From Methanomethylovorans hollandica DSM 15978 (GTDB lineage Archaea > Halobacteriota > Methanosarcinia > Methanosarcinales > Methanosarcinaceae): a DNA stretch of 37,109 nt. The stretch's first letter is position 1; each line of letters starts with the position of its first letter. Location of the stretch: positions 248,001 through 285,109 of the forward strand of contig NC_019972.1 in the NCBI RefSeq assembly GCF_000328665.1, written 5' to 3'. This document shows, in pieces, positions 35,766-37,109 of the stretch. The position numbers and the translations under genes were made by a program. The notes beneath the pieces were generated by a model that was not told where the DNA came from, searched no databases, and saw nothing but the letters and a program-made list of their open reading frames with translations.

Positions 35766-37049
35766 ATGGACGAATCAATTGAAAATATATTCAGCAATAT
35801 GACTTCAAGTATCTTCAAAGATAGACATGTGTTGTCGAATACATTCATACCATCTAAACTGGTTGCAAGGGATGAACAGATCAGGACAATTGCTGAGAAA
35901 ATGTATCCTGTACTTGAAGGTGGATCTCCTCAAAATGCAGTAATTCACGGTAATCCGGGTTCAGGGAAAACCGTTGTAATGAAATTTGTTTCACAACTAT
36001 TGATGAAGGAAATGGAAACAAGAAGGATTGTCAATAAGGTGAAAACTATTTTTATTCGTTGTGAGGAAACGAATACTCCTACTAGAATCTTATATAAGAT
36101 CCTTCAGGCTATTAATCCATTATCGACATTGCCTCCTATTGGTCTTGGAACTGAGCATTATTACAATGCTATCTGGAAAGAGCTTCGAGATACAAAGTTA
36201 TCATTGATTATTGTCTTTGATGAAATTGATAAGATCAAAGAAGATAGTTTGTTGAACAATCTTTGTCGTTATGATGAAGATGAGAAAGCAGATTCCAGGC
36301 AATTCATTAGTGTGTTTGGTTTAACTAATGATTTGGGATGGTTGGATAATCTTGATGCACGTTTACGTTCTGTCCTTCGTGCGACTAAGATTGTGTTCTC
36401 TCCTTATAATGCTGATCACTTATGTGAGATCCTGTCGGATAGAGTTCCACTAGCATTCCAAGAAAATGCTATTCATGAAGATGTTATTGGATTCTGTGCT
36501 GCATATTCAGCAAGGGATGACGGAGATGCACGTAGAGCTTTGCTGTTACTGCAGACATCCGGAATGATAGCACAGCAACGAAACGAAAAAATGATAACGA
36601 AAAGCCACGTTGATGATGCTTTAAGTGAAGTGGATAAAAGTCATTACTCCAAACTTCTGAATGAAAGTACAAGTAGCCAAAAATTAATTCTTCTGAGTTT
36701 GATTTGCCTTACGAGATATACAACAGAGAAAATATCCACCGGATTGTTATATTCAGAATATTCTCATTTTGTAAAACTAGTGGGAATGGATCAGCTTAGT
36801 ATCCAGAGAGTATCAGGCCTGATCAGCCAGTTGGAGACAGCGGGTTTCCTTGTTACAACAACCCGTAAAGGTAGGAAAGGGAATTCCCGTATATTGACTA
36901 TAGATTCAGCAATGTTATCATTAGATGCTTTGATCCTTAGTGATCCTTTGTTAAATGGTCTTTCGGAAGCATACTACAATATAGGTGGAGGCAGCCAAAA
37001 ACAGGCACAGGGTAGGTTTACGTGTATGGTGAGTTCTTCGCATTTATAA
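35766..37049 (+). CDS. cdc6: Orc1/Cdc6 replication initiator
   Basis: P..L.AR, Walker A GNPGSGKT, Walker B IIVFDEID, FSPYNA, GDARRAL, C-terminal winged helix; GAGGAG RBS. Confidence 0.95.
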   Translation: MDESIENIFSNMTSSIFKDRHVLSNTFIPSKLVARDEQIRTIAEKMYPVLEGGSPQNAVIHGNPGSGKTVVMKFVSQLLMKEMETRRIVNKVKTIFIRCEETNTPTRILYKILQAINPLSTLPPIGLGTEHYYNAIWKELRDTKLSLIIVFDEIDKIKEDSLLNNLCRYDEDEKADSRQFISVFGLTNDLGWLDNLDARLRSVLRATKIVFSPYNADHLCEILSDRVPLAFQENAIHEDVIGFCAAYSARDDGDARRALLLLQTSGMIAQQRNEKMITKSHVDDALSEVDKSHYSKLLNESTSSQKLILLSLICLTRYTTEKISTGLLYSEYSHFVKLVGMDQLSIQRVSGLISQLETAGFLVTTTRKGRKGNSRILTIDSAMLSLDALILSDPLLNGLSEAYYNIGGGSQKQAQGRFTCMVSSSHL

Positions 37050-37109
37050 AAAGTAAGATAAGGTTAAATATTAGTTTACTAATCTAGTATATTTTATTTT
37101 AAATTTAAT

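Noticed and set aside
1..37109. Window as a complete circular plasmid or provirus
   Set aside because: No terminal overlap, att pair, integrase or capsid gene seen; more likely a slice of a larger replicon

Overview
AT-rich archaeal DNA that looks like part of a large Methanosarcinaceae-type plasmid or other extrachromosomal element. The host assignment is inferred from the DNRLRE/PKD surface protein, the archaeal RPA pair, Orc1/Cdc6 and an A1-U72 tRNA-Gln. Replication and maintenance genes are an RPA plus RPA-associated protein, an AEP primase fused to Zn-finger, RQC and HEAT domains, Orc1/Cdc6 with a candidate origin, and ParA with a partner carrying a tandem RHH-like repeat, surrounded by arrays of 8-bp-period repeats. 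Cargo includes a C13/caspase-fold cysteine peptidase with a stand-alone copy of its N-terminal domain, a SLATT-like pseudogene, an IS5-family element, IS200/IS605-like palindromic remnants, three orphan DNA methyltransferases, a DEDD exonuclease, tandem RHH genes, a tRNA-Gln(UUG), a tRNA-like 3' structure, secreted proteins and many small minus-strand hypothetical genes. The most striking signal is that both C5-cytosine methyltransferase genes contain a long nested +1-frame ORF carrying methyltransferase segments missing from the main frame, as in M.EcoHK31I alpha/beta. No integrase, relaxase, capsid, CRISPR array or reverse transcriptase was recognised. All family calls come from reading motifs by eye; no database search was run.
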